NCBI RefSeq assembly: GCF_044704955.1
Contig: NC_092001.1
Location: forward strand, 19,592,001-19,656,000
DNA from: Pristiophorus japonicus
Lineage: Eukaryota
Reading direction: 5' to 3'
DNA length: 64,000 nucleotides
Shown: one piece after another, positions 11,340 to 23,347 of the stretch
How the letters are laid out: each line of letters begins with the position of its first letter
Numbering within the stretch: the first letter of the stretch is position 1
Notes under the pieces: generated by a model
The model's database searches: none
Seen by the model: only the letters and a program-made list of their open reading frames with translations
Told to the model about the DNA's origin: nothing
Translations under genes and position numbers: made by a program

Positions 11340-11570
11340 AAAGTTTTACCATTTATTGTACATTTCCTCCCTTTACTTTCCTCCCAAAATCTATCGCAGC
11401 ACATTTCTCTGCATTAAATTTAATTTCACATCTACCAGCCCCAATTACTAACCTATGTATTGACAATGAAAGCACTTAAACTCAACTTCACAGTTGGCCA
11501 TGGGACCTTTCTGGCGTTCCATAGAGCTTTCAATCACGTGCCCCATATACCCAAGCCCAGATCATTTCTC
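11340..11570 (-). mobile_element. Highly decayed CR1 RT fragment
   Basis: TTCCTCCCAAAAT...CACATTTCTCTGCATTAAATT resembles the rc of the RT segment seen at 17980-18030 and 19950-20000. Confidence 0.45.
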
Positions 11571-11689
11571 TGTGATGGGCGGCACTGTGAGGAGTGGCGC
11601 TGTGAGGGGCGGCCCTGTGAGAGAATAGCCTAACTCCCAGGACTTAGCTTAAACCTGAAGCAAATACTAGTTCCCAGACTGTAACAATA

Positions 11690-12370
11690 AACCCTAAAGT
11701 AATCCTAAACATGAACAGAGAAACTGATACCAAAAAAGAAGTAACCAGAACATAAAGAATCATATTCTTAATTAAAATAATTTAAAATAATGAAAATAAC
11801 TGACCCGAACTCCAGACCCTATCCCTCATAAACCTATAGGTAAAATTTGTAAACACAGACCCCAGCCACAAAACCAAACCCTAACCCAGGACCATAAAAG
11901 TAACTCGAGCCCCAAGAAATATTTTTTCCAGACTCCAGCCCCAAAACCTAGTTCGGCCCCAACTCTCTAAGAACGAATCCAAAGCAGAAGTTTAAAATCA
12001 AGCCCCCAGCCGCAAATCCTAACCCTAAAACTAAATCCTAACCCTCAGAAACCTAAACCCAAAACTTGTAAACACAGACTCCTACCCCAAAATCAAACCC
12101 TAACCCAAGACCCGAACCTCCCTAAAATTTAACACTAACATAAAACATAACAGTGCAGAACACAACCCAAAAACCCCAACCCTAACTCTCGATCCTAAAC
12201 CCTTGAAACCGAACCCTAACCTAATGCTGTACGGCCCAAACCACTGCTTCCAAACTCAGTCCTAACCCCAGACGCTAGATCCCCAAGACTGAACCCGAAC
12301 CTAAAATATATTAATGCAGACCCTAACCCCAAGTCATATCTCTAAATGCCCCTAATTCTACCCCCTGCCC
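11690..12370. repeat. Degenerate interstitial telomere-like tract (CCCTAA variants)
   Basis: Multiple CCCTAACCC / CCTAACCCTAA / CCTAAACCC motifs, e.g. ~11879, 12018, 12097, 12180, 12214, 12320. Confidence 0.65.
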
Positions 12371-13083
12371 TTATCTCCTCCTCATAGAAACAGGAACTAA
12401 ACAGAAATGTGTGTAAAACAGAGTCCCAAGCCGCCCACCCCCGAGTAGACCAGGAATCAGAAGGGCCCACAAAAATCGGGTACAATAGATGACACAGCGA
12501 ACCAAACCAGGAATAAAACAAAAGACTGGACTGAACGAAGAGAGTTATAACAAAAACAGAACAGAACTAACCCGCAAACTATAACAAAACCAAAAAAAGT
12601 ACAAAACAAAAAAAATTTACAAATGTATTAAAAATGAGTTACAAAAATCAAAAAAACATTTTTACAGGAAGTAAGGGGTAAATGGGATAGAAAAAACTTA
12701 AAAGAGAGAAACAAACTGTCAGAACTAAAAACATTAGACCCCCCACGAAAGATCCCAACCCTGAACCACGGGCATTCAAACAGGTGACGCATCACACACT
12801 ACACATAAACATGAACAAAAAGGGGGCGGAACTCCACATTTGTACCTAACAATCAGTGAGGACCACTGATCACACAGACTCAACACAAAAACAAGAACCA
12901 TAACTCTAGCCATAGCTCACGATTAACACCTTATCACTGAGAGGGAGGAGGTTTAAATAATTTCTTTCCCACCTCCCAAACCTTCTCGTTCAGACTGACC
13001 TAAAGTCTCCATAACCTCTCACTGTAAGTTTCTCGATCTGATACCCTCTGACCCTTGAGCCCCACGATCCGTTTGCTTTTCCT

Positions 13084-13123
13084 GGTCTCTGATGAAGCTC
13101 CAGTAAGGGCGAAACGTTAGATT
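13084..13123 (+). ncRNA. Minimal type I hammerhead ribozyme (Penelope-like-element type)
   Basis: GGTCT-CTGATGA-A-GCTC-CAGTAA-GGGC-GAA-ACGT-T-AGATT: full core CUGANGA/GAAA, stem II GCUC/GGGC, palindromic loopless stem III ACGU, GUU triplet, stem I GGUCU/AGAUU. Confidence 0.75.
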
Positions 13124-13455
13124 CTCGACTATAATTAGCCATCAAGACGATGGATCATGAAGTGAGGGTAAACCCCACACCCCCCACCAAAAAAACCACT
13201 TTACTTTTATCCCCTAACCCTTGGGAGACTTCTCCCTCATTCTCTCCACACTTCCAACCCACCGTGTCGGTCTTTTTCTTGAAAAAGAAAGACTCTCTCT
13301 CATTTCCCTTCTTAACAAAAGATGTTCTCCATACCAGCTCTAATTGTACTGCTATGTAGAACTCGTGGGATAAGTGGTTCTCTGCTCCTCGTCCCCCGCT
13401 ACCCAACAGAAAACTATTGCTATCGAACCACTACATACACACACACCTCGAGGGT

Positions 13456-13602
13456 CACCTCGAGTCTCGTCGCCGAGAGCATGCAAAAGTCTAGCGTAGG
13501 CAGCGCAAGGAGCTCGCGGCAAACCTGTCCCACCCTCCCTTACACTCACCGACTGAATGAACCATCCGTGACAGGGACTGTGATTCTCGTATTGGACTGT
13601 TC
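13456..13602 (+). mobile_element. RTE-clade LINE 3' fragment
   Basis: Reverse complement of 13670-13816; encodes the HLESRRREHA...RDCDSRIGLF-like C-terminus. Confidence 0.75.
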
Positions 13603-13603
13603 C

Positions 13604-13830
13604 TCATAGGCAGTCGCTCGAAATCGAGCAAGATTTGCATTCATTCGTAAAATGAGTCCTTAGGTGACTGAACAGTCCAATACGAGAACCACAGTCCTTG
13701 TCACAGGTGGAACAGACAGTGGTTTAGGGAAAGAGTGGGTGGGACTGGTTTGCCACACGCTCCTTCCGCTGCCTGCGTTTGATTTCAGCATGCTCTCGGC
13801 GACGAAACTCGAGGTGCTCAGCGCCCCCCG
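13604..13830 (-). mobile_element. RTE-clade LINE 3' end
   Basis: Minus strand reads GAEHLEFRRREHAEIKRRQRKER..NQSHP...CSTCDKDCGSRIGLFSHLRTH (C-terminal C2H2), then a short 3' UTR ending CCTATGA. Confidence 0.8.
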
Positions 13831-15440
13831 ACACATACAGGATAACCGTGACACGCCGCACAAAAAACCTACCGGATCCCTCCCATACAAGCTTAACCGA
13901 GACCCCCTCCTCCACACACACCCATAACCGAACCGTGACACCCCCACACACAAACCCTAACCGAGTCCCTCCCATACAACCTATTCGAGACCTCTCCCCA
14001 CACAAACACACACAACACAAGCGTGACCACCCTTCCCACTCACAACCTAACCGAGACCCGCACACACAACATAACCGTGACCCCCACCACACACACAACC
14101 TAACCGAGATCTCCCCACACACAATCTAACCGTGACCCCCAGCACACACACGACCTAACCGAGACCCGCCAAACACATAACGTAACCGAGAACCCCCAAA
14201 CACACAACCTAACCGAGACGACCACCACACAACTGAATAGAGACTCCGCCACACATAACCTAACCGAGACGCCTCCCCCACAGGCAACCCAACTGAGCCT
14301 CCCGCAACACATAACTTTACCCAGACCACCCCCACACACAACCTAACCGAGATCCCCTGACACACACAACTTAACCGAGACCCCCCACACAAAAACTAAC
14401 CGAGACGCCCCCAAACAAAAACGAACCGAGACTCCCCCCCACACACACAACATTAGCGTGACCCCCTACACGCAACCTAACCGAGACACCCCCACACACA
14501 CAAACTAACCGTGAACCCCGCGCTCAAACTAACCGAGACCCCCCAACATAAACATCCTAACCGAGACACCCCACACACACACAACCTAACCGAGACACCC
14601 CCACACACAACCGAAACGAGACCCCCCTCCCCAACACACACACCCTAACCGAGACCCCCGCGCATACACAATCTAACCGAGCCCCCCGCACAGACAACCA
14701 AACCGTGACCCCCACCCCTGCATAGACAACCAAACCGTGACCCCCACTCCCCACACACAACCTAACCGTGACCCCTGCCCACACACACAACCTAACCGAG
14801 ACCGCCCCACACACCCAACGGAACCGAACCCCCCCCCCACACACACACCACCTAACCGAGACCTCCACACACACACAACCTAACCCAGACCCCGCCCACA
14901 AACAAACTAATTGAGATCTTCCACACACACAACCTAACCGAGACTCCCCCACACAACCTAACGGAGAGCCCCCCCACACACAACCTTACCGTGACCCCCC
15001 CACACACAACCTAACCGTGACCCCCCCACACACAACCTAACCTTGACCCCCCCAACCACAACCTAACCGTGACCCACCCACACACAGAACCGAACCGTGA
15101 AACCCCCCCACACATAGCCTAACCGAGACCCCACCCCCGCTACACACACAACCTAACTGATAACCCCCCCACCTTCACAACCTAACCTGAGCTGCCCCAC
15201 ACATAACCTAACCGAGACACCCCCACACAACCTAACCGCGAACCCCCGCACACACACACAACCTAACTAAGACGCACCCACACACACAAACTAACCGAGA
15301 CCCCCCACAAAACCTAAGCGAGACCCCCACACACACAACCTAAACGAGACAACCCCACACAATCTAACCGATACCCCCCACACACAAGGTATCCCAGAGC
15401 ACCCCACTCCCGCACACAACCTATCCGAAATCCCACAGCA
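13831..15440. repeat. ~24-28 bp minisatellite (CACACACAACCTAACCGAGACCCCC), ~60 units
   Basis: CCTAACCG(A/T)GACCCC core repeated throughout. Confidence 0.92.
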
Positions 15441-15532
15441 AGGTCCATTTGCACATAATCAAAAATACATTTTCTTTAAAAAAAAATCAAATCGGTGATC
15501 TCAGCAAAACAAAAGGCCCCAACAAACGGAGG

Positions 15533-15860
15533 TCATCATCGTCATAGACATCCCCTCGGAATCAAGGAAGACTGGCTTCCACACTAAAAATGAGTTCTCA
15601 GGTGACTGAACAGTCCAATACGAGAATTACAGTCCCTGTCACAGGTGGGACAGACAGTCGTTGAGGGAAGGGGTGGGGAGTCTGGTTTGCTGCACGCTCC
15701 TTCCACTGCCTGCACATGATTACTGCATGCTCTCTGCGATGAGTCCAGAGATGCTCAGCACCCTCCCGGATGCACTTCCACTTATGGCGGACTTACGCCA
15801 AGGACTCCCAGGTGTCAGTGGGGATGTTGCATTTTATCAGGGAGGCTTTGAGTGTTTCCC
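15533..15860 (-). mobile_element. RTE-clade LINE 3' end with (GAT)n tail
   Basis: TCATCATCGTCATAG tail; homologous to 13604-13830 and extends further 5' (LKASLIKCNIPTDTWESLA). Confidence 0.8.
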
Positions 15861-16899
15861 AGGATCCTTCAACGGCTTTAACAATAACAATAACTCCCCA
15901 ATTAACATCCATAACTTAGAACACTGGCAATAATATTATTAATAAATCCAAAAAAATAATATTGACTTACATACAATTAATAAGTTCCCTAACTTACAGA
16001 CACCAATTGGATACACAGTAAGGAACTAACAACCCACCTAAAAACAATTTTAAACGACAAACACACACTTACCCCCACCCCAAAAATAATAACCCTGCCG
16101 AAACCAACACCATCATAAGAGGGACTGCAAATAAATACAATCCAATCTCCATCAACTTAATCTCTTGGCACAATTCAATTTACCATCAATTTAATTATTA
16201 ATAAAACACTTCCATAAAAGTTCCAAAGGAACATTACCCCACTGTCCCAAACAACAAAGGCCCCAGCCTTCAAAATAGAATAGTACACCACTATCCAGAA
16301 TAAAATTAGAGCAAGACGTTAGTGTCCAGAACGACACACGCAGCCACTGCAGCTCTGATACAGCAAATAATGTACAGGAGAAAACCCAAACAACTAAAAA
16401 TGGGAAGCTGGAACAGAACGTATATTACCCATTTTAACCCCAACCCAGATCTAATCTAAAAATAGAGCATGACATCAGGGTCCAGAACGGCACAGCGGTC
16501 CAATCACAGTAAATTGGGGACATCAGAGAATCCAATTTAGCAAACAGAAGCAACTAGAAGCTAAAGGATCATACTATTAATCAAATTAATTGAAAATAAT
16601 GAAAATAACGAATGAGAACAAATCAAGCGACAAGAGCAAGAAAGGCTGAGTCACAAACTCCGGAAAGCATGAGCCAATCAAAAGTGGCAGTAAGGAAAGC
16701 AAAATTCCAAAGGGGCATTATCCCACAGCCTGAAAACTAACACCAACTTCAAAACACACTAACAGATTTGTCAAGTTCAATTTCCTCTTCATCAATCCGT
16801 GTTCATTCTGTCCAATCCAGTTATTACTTGCGAAGTGCCCTGTTACCTGCTTAATAATCGATTCGAGCATTTTAGCTACTCCTGATTTCATGGCTATCG

Positions 16900-17176
16900 A
16901 TACTGCATGGCTTACATACAGAATAAATCGAACTCCATCCTATCCCAAGCACTACCAGGGTTGATACAGAGTAGATCTCAGTCTACAATATCCAAAACAC
17001 TCCCAGGGCAGTGCAGCACGGGTTAGATACAGAGACAAGCTCCCTCCATATAGTCCGATCAAACAATCCCCGGGCAGGTGCAGCACAGGTGAGACGCAGA
17101 TTATATATTCCTGTACCCTGCCTCAAATACTCCCAGGGCACATACAGCACGGGTCAAATATAGAGCAATCCCCACC
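16900..17176. repeat. Second array of the ~67 bp repeat (~4 units)
   Basis: AAACACTCCCAGGGCAG.GCAGCACGGGTTAGATACAGAG as at 5985-6572. Confidence 0.85.
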
Positions 17177-17223
17177 CACTGACACGGCCCCACCCACTGA
17201 CTAGACCAAACCGACTGACTGCT

Positions 17224-18860
17224 GTAGAAGCAGGAGAGGGTCATTTTGCCCCTCGAGCCAACTCCACCTTTCAATAAGATCATGGCTGATCTGATCATGG
17301 ACTCAGCTCCACTTCCCCCCCCCCCCACCGCTCTCCATAACCCTTTACTCCATTATCGTTCAAAAATCTGTCTATCTCCACCTTAAATATATTCAGTGAC
17401 CCAGCCTCCACTGCTCTCAGGGCAGCGAATTCCGCAGAATTACAACCCTCTGAGAGCAGAAATTCCTCCTCATCTCAGTTTTAAATGGGCGGCCTCTTAT
17501 TCTAAGACGTAATCCTCAGTTTTAGTTTCCCCTATGAATGGAAATATCCTCTCTGCATCCACCTTGTCGAGCCCCCTCATTATCATTCAGTTTAAATAAG
17601 ATCACTTCGCATTCTTCTGAACTCCAATGTGTATCGGCCCAACCTACTCAACCTATCCTTTAAGTCAACCCCCTCAGATCCTGAATGAACCTAGTGAACC
17701 TTCTCTGAACCACCCCAATACAAGTATATCCTTACTTAAATATGGAGACCAAAACAGTACGCAGTGCTCCAGATGTGGCCTCGCCAATACCCAGTTCAGT
17801 TGTAGCAGGACCTCTCTGCTTTTATACTCTATCCACCTTGCAATAAAGGCCAACATTACATTTGTCTTCCTGATTTTTTGCTGTACCTGCATACTAACTT
17901 TTGGTGTTCCATTCACAAGGACCCCCATGTCTCTCTCTGCAATTTTTCTCCTTTTAAATTATAATTTGCTTTTCTATTATTTCTGCCAAAGTGGATAACC
18001 TCACATTTTCCCACATTATACTCCATCTGACAAATTTTTGCCCACTCATTTCGCCTGTCTATATCATTTTCCAGATTTTATGTGTCCTCAATTTGGTCTT
18101 CCACCCATCTTTGTCTCATCAGCAAATGTGGCTACATTAAACCCTGTGCTTGCATCCAAGTCATTCAAAAGATTGTAAATAGTTGATGATCTAGCAGCGA
18201 TACCTGCGGCAGTCCATTAGTCACCATTTGCCAACTGGAAAAAGACTCATTCATCACGACTCTCACTTTTCTGTTAGTTAACCAATTCTCTATCTATGCT
18301 AATATACTGTCATCAGACCCATGATCTTTTATCTTGTACAGTAATCTCTTATGTGGCAGCTTATCAAATGCCTTCGGGAAATCCAAATACATCACATCCA
18401 CTGGTTCCCCCTTATCCACCCTGCTCATTACATCCTCAAAGAACTCCAGCAAATTTGCCAAACATGATTTCCCTTTCATAAAACCATGCTCACTCTGCTT
18501 GATTGAATCATGCTTTGCTAAATGTCCCGATACTGTTTCCTTGATATTGGACTCCAGCATTATCACCAACGACAGATGTTAGGCTAACTGGTCTATAGTT
18601 TCCTGCTTTTTGTCTGCCTCCTTTTTTAAAGAGAAGCGTCACATTTGCGGTTTTACATTCTGCTGGGACCGCCCCAGAATCCAGGGGATTTTGTTAGATT
18701 ACAGCCAATGCATCTACTATCGCTGCAGCCGCTTCTCTTAAGACCCTCAGGTCCAGGGGACTTGCCTGCCTTTAGTCCCATTATTTTATCGAGTACTACT
18801 TAATTAATGATAGTGATTGTATAAACTTCCTCCCTCCCTATAGCCGCTTGATTATTCACT
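17224..18860 (-). mobile_element. 5'-truncated CR1 LINE (ORF2 RT and 3' UTR), degenerate
   Basis: HGFMKGKSCLANLLEFFE, YLDFPKAFDKLPHKRL, LARPHLEHCVLFWSPY; CR1 3' tail at ~17224-17310. Confidence 0.92.
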
Positions 18861-19207
18861 TCAGTATTACTTAGAGTGACCGAATATTTTACGGTAATTA
18901 AACTGATCTCAGCCTGTATCTGTCAGATATTAACTCCAACATGGTCCCAGTAAACATTTCCACTCCCCTTTCCTCCGCTGTTTCTTCAGGTTTGCTTTTG
19001 AAGACAGGCTCATGGAGAGAAACACCCTGCATGGAATGATCTCAAATTGAGAATTTCTAAGGGACAAGGCTCCCAGCTTAAATAATTATCTGTGCTTTTC
19101 CGCTGCACCCGCCCCCAGGTCCTGTTCCTTGGCTGATATTCTGATAAAAGTGAGTTGGGAAAAGTGTACTTTGATTTTCGCAGGCTGAAATAGTGCAGAG
19201 AGCTGCA

Positions 19208-22200
19208 CATAGAAATATAGAAAATAGCGGCAGGAGTAGGCCATTCGGCCCTTCGAGCTTGCTTCACCATTCAATAATATCATGGCTGATCATTCCCTCA
19301 GTACCCCTTTCCTGCTTTCTCTCCATACCCCCAGATCCCTGTAGCCGTAAGGGTCATGTCTAACTCCCTCTTGAATATATCCAATGAACTGGCATCAACA
19401 ACTCTCTGCGTCAGGGAATTCCACAGGTTAACAACTCTCTGAGTGAAGACATTTCTTCTCAACTCAGTCCTAAATGGCCTACCCCTTATCCTAATTGTGT
19501 CCCCTGGCTCTGGACTTTCCCTACATCGAGAACATTCGTCCCGCATGTAAACTGTCCAGTTGCGACAGAATCTGATATGTTTCTATGAGATCCCCTCTCA
19601 TCCTTCTAAACTCCAGTGTATAAAGCCCCATTTGGTCCAGTCTCTCCTCATATGTCAGTCAAGCCATCCCTGGATTCAGTCTGGTGAACCATTCCTGCAC
19701 TCCCTCAATAACAAGAACGTCCATCCTCAGATTTGGAGTCCAAAACTGAACACAACTGCAGTAAGACCTCCCTGCTCCTATACTCAAATCCCCTAGCTAT
19801 GAAGGCCAACATACCATTTGCCTTCTTCACCGCCTTCTGTACCTGCATGCCAACTTTCAATGACTGATGTACCATGACACCCAGGTCTCGTTGCACCTGC
19901 CCTTTTCCTAATCTGTCAACATTCAGATAATAGTCTGTCTCTCTGTTTTTACCACCAAAGTGGATAACCTCACATTTATCCACATTATACTGCATCTGCC
20001 ATGCATTTGCCCACTCACCTAACCTGTCCAAGTCACTCTGCAGCCTCTTAGCGTCGTCCTCACAGCTCACACCGCCACCCAGTTTAGTGTCATCTGCAAA
20101 CTAGGAAATATTACACTCAATTCCTTCATCCAAGTCATTAATGTATATTGTAAAGAGCTGGGACCCAGCACTGAGCCGTGCGGCACTCCACCAGTCACTG
20201 ACTACCATTCTGAAAAGCACCCGTTTATCAATACTCTCTGCTTCCTGTCTGCCAACCAGTTATCTATCCACGTCAGTGCATTACCCCCCAAAACCATGTG
20301 CTTTGATTTTGCACACCAATCTTTTGTGTGGGACCTTGCCAAAAGCTTTTTGATTGTCCAAATATATCACATCAACTGGTTCTCCCTTGTCCATTCTGCC
20401 AGTTACATCATCAAAAAATTCCAGAAGATTTGTCAACCATGATTTCCCTTTCATAAATCCATGTCACTGCTTTCCAAATGCGCTGCGATTTCAGCCTTAA
20501 TGATTGATTCCAACATTTTCCCCACTACTGATGTCAGACTAACCGTTCTATAATTACCCTTTTTTTCTCTCCCTCCTTTTTTAAAAAGTCATGTTATATT
20601 AACTACGCTCCAGTCCATGGGAACTGATCCAGTATCGATAGACTGTTGGAAAATGATCACCAATGCATACACTATTTCTCGGGCCACTTCCTTAAGTACT
20701 CTGGGATGCAGACATTCATGTCCCGTGGATTTATCGGCCTTCAATCCCATCAATTTCCCAAACACAATTTCCCGTCTAATAAGGATATCCTTCAGTTCCT
20801 CCCTCTGGCTAGACCCTCGGTCCCCTAGTACATCCGGAAGGTTATTTGTATATTCCTTCGTGAAGACAGAACCAAAGTATTTTATCAATTGGTCTGCCAT
20901 TTCTTTGTTGCCCATTATAAATTGAACTGAATCCGACTTCATGGGACCTACATTTGTCTTCAGTATCTCTTTTTCTCTTCACATATCTATAGAAGCTTTT
21001 GCAGTCAGTTTTTATCTACCATGCAAGCTTCCTCTCATACTCTATTTTCCCCCTCTTAATGAAACACTCTACTGAATTTTAAATTTCTCCCAGTCCTCAG
21101 GTTTGCTGCTTTTTCTGGCCAATGTATATGCGTCTTCCTTCGATTTAACACTATCCATATTATCCCTTGTTAGTCACGGTTGAGCCACCTTACCCGTTTT
21201 ATTTTTACTCCAAACAGGATGTGTACAATTGTTGAAGCTCATTGATGTGATCTTTAAATGTTTGCCATTACCTATCCACCGTCAACACTTTAAGTATAAT
21301 TTGCCAGTCTATTCTAGCCAATTCACGCTTCGTTCAGTAGAAGTTACCTTTCTTTAAGATCAGGACCCTAGTTTCTAAATTAACTGTGTAACTCGCCATC
21401 TTAATGAAGAATTCTACCATATTATGGGCACTCTTCCCCAAGGGGCCTCGCACAACTAGATTGTCAATTAGTCCCTTCTCATTACACATCAACCAGTGTA
21501 GGATGGCCATCTCTCTTTTTGGTTCCTCGACATATTGGTCTCGGGGACCATGCCTAATAGACTCCAGGAAATCCTCCACCGCATTGCTACCAGTTTGGTT
21601 AGCCCAATCAAGATGTAGATTAAAGTCGCCTATCATAACTGCTGTATCTTTATTGCACACATCCCTTATTTCTTGTTCAAATTCTCTGCTGCTGTTCGGT
21701 GGTCTGTTCACAACTCCCACTATCACTTTCTGCACGTTGGTATTCCACAGCTCCACCCATACCGATTCCACATCATCCAAGCTAATGTCCCTCCTTCTAT
21801 TGCATTAATTTCCTCTTTAACCAGCAATGCCACCCACCTTCTTTTCATTTCTGTCTATCCTTCCTAAATGTTGAATACCCCTGGATGTTGAGATCCCAGC
21901 CTTGGTCACCAGGGAGCAAAGACTCTGTGATTCCAATGACATCATATCCATTAACCGCTATCTGCGTAGTTAATTCGTCCACCTTAATCCGAGTACTCCT
22001 CGCGTTGAGGCACAGCGCCTTCAGGCTTGCCTTTTAACATAATTTGCTCCTTTAGAATTTTGTTGTAATATGGCCCTTTTTTGTTTTTTGCCTTGGTTTC
22101 TCTGCCCTCCACCTTTATTATTCTCCTTTCTATCCATTTCTTCTTCTTTCATTTTATTTCCCTCTGTCTCCCTGCAGAGGTTCCCATGCCCCTGCCATAT

Positions 22201-22712
22201 TAGTTTAACTCCTCCCGACCAGCACTCGCAAACACTCCCACTGGGACATTGGTTCCGCTCCTGCCCAGGTGCAGACCGTCCGGTTTGTACTGGTCCCAAC
22301 TCTCCCACAACCGATTCCAATGTCCCCGAAATTTGAATCCCTCCCTTCTGCACCCCTCCTCAAGCCACGTATTCATCTGAGCTCTCCTGCGATTCCTACT
22401 CTGACTAGAACGTGGCACTGGTAGCAATCCTGAGATTACTACTTTTGAGGTCCTACATTTTAATTTAGCTCTTAGCTGCTTAAATTCTTCTCGTAGTACA
22501 TCATCCCGTTTTTTGCCGATACCGTTGGCACCTATATGCACCACGATAACTGGCTGCTCACCCTCCCTTTTCAGAATGCCCTGCACTCGCTCCTAGACAT
22601 CCTTGACCCTTGCACCAGGGAGGCAATATATCATCATGGAATCTCGGTTGCGGCCGCAGAAACGCCTATCTATTCCCCTTACAATCGAATCCCCTATCAC
22701 TGTAGCTCTCCC
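19208..22712 (-). mobile_element. Near full-length degenerate CR1 LINE: ORF1 SGNH esterase, ORF2 APE endonuclease + RT, (TTTCTATG/A)n tail
   Basis: ORF1 VIGDSIVRG...VVHIGANGIG...VISGLLP...DGLHL (22200-22700); endonuclease ESVWVEL, RPPN, GDFN (21334-21780); RT 19700-20940; tail CATAGAAATATAGAAA at 19208. Confidence 0.95.
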
Positions 22713-22754
22713 ACAAAGTTCAGTCCCGGCCCCTGTGTCATTTTCCAGTGAGCA

Positions 22755-22847
22755 GAAGAGCGCATGTGCCCTCTCCTCCCCCAGCCCTGCCTGTGAAGAT
22801 GATTTAAAACAGCCTGGAACGGAGACCCCCGCGGCCCTGAGGTAAGG
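22755..22847 (+). promoter_or_regulatory. Putative promoter / non-coding first exon, possibly of the downstream ZNF gene
   Basis: GC-rich patch, NRF1-like GCGCATGTGC at 22760, YY1-like AAGATG, strong donor GAG|GTAAGG after 22841. Confidence 0.4.
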
Positions 22848-22960
22848 CAGCGAACAGCAGCCTCCTTGCAGCAGCGCAGTGTTGAGGGAGCGAGTCCGCA
22901 GCTGGGCTCAATGATCGGCATTGAGTCCGGGGGAATTTCAGGGAGAGTGGGTGGCTATGG

Positions 22961-23347
22961 GTAAGAGGCAGAATAGAGCAGGAACTAGTGTCAGTGCGTG
23001 GTGTGAGTGGGGGAAGGGAGAGGCCATTCTCGGGCTGTGTGTGGACAGCGTGTGTCCAGGGTAAAGGGGGACAGAATGGGCAAAATATGCTATTTACAAT
23101 CATTGCTGCTTTCTCTCCCCAAACCAGTAGCGAACGTTCCTGGTTTAGTTCCGTCAGCGTCTTTGTGTAAGAGGCAGAGTGGAGCAGGAACTAGTTCTGG
23201 AACATGATGTGAGTGGGGAAGGGATAAACCATTCTCGAGCTGTGTGTGGACAATGAAAGGTGACAGAGAAGTTCAACCACCTCGCTCTTTCAAATCATTG
23301 CTGCTTTCTTTCCCCAAATCAGCAATGAATGTCCCTGATTGAGTTCC
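22961..23347. repeat. Diverged ~200 bp tandem duplication
   Basis: 22961-23152 vs 23167-23347 share GTAAGAGGCAGA..GAGCAGGAACTAGT, CCATTCTCG.GCTGTGTGTGGACA and AATCATTGCTGCTTTCT. Confidence 0.85.

Noticed and set aside
11580-11622. Three ~15-bp GGC.CTGTGAG units
   Set aside because: Too short and isolated to interpret
18960-19205. Strong acceptor-like TTTCTTCAG at ~18990 and a GC box in unique DNA between two CR1s
   Set aside because: All frames close quickly with no recognisable product; cannot support an exon
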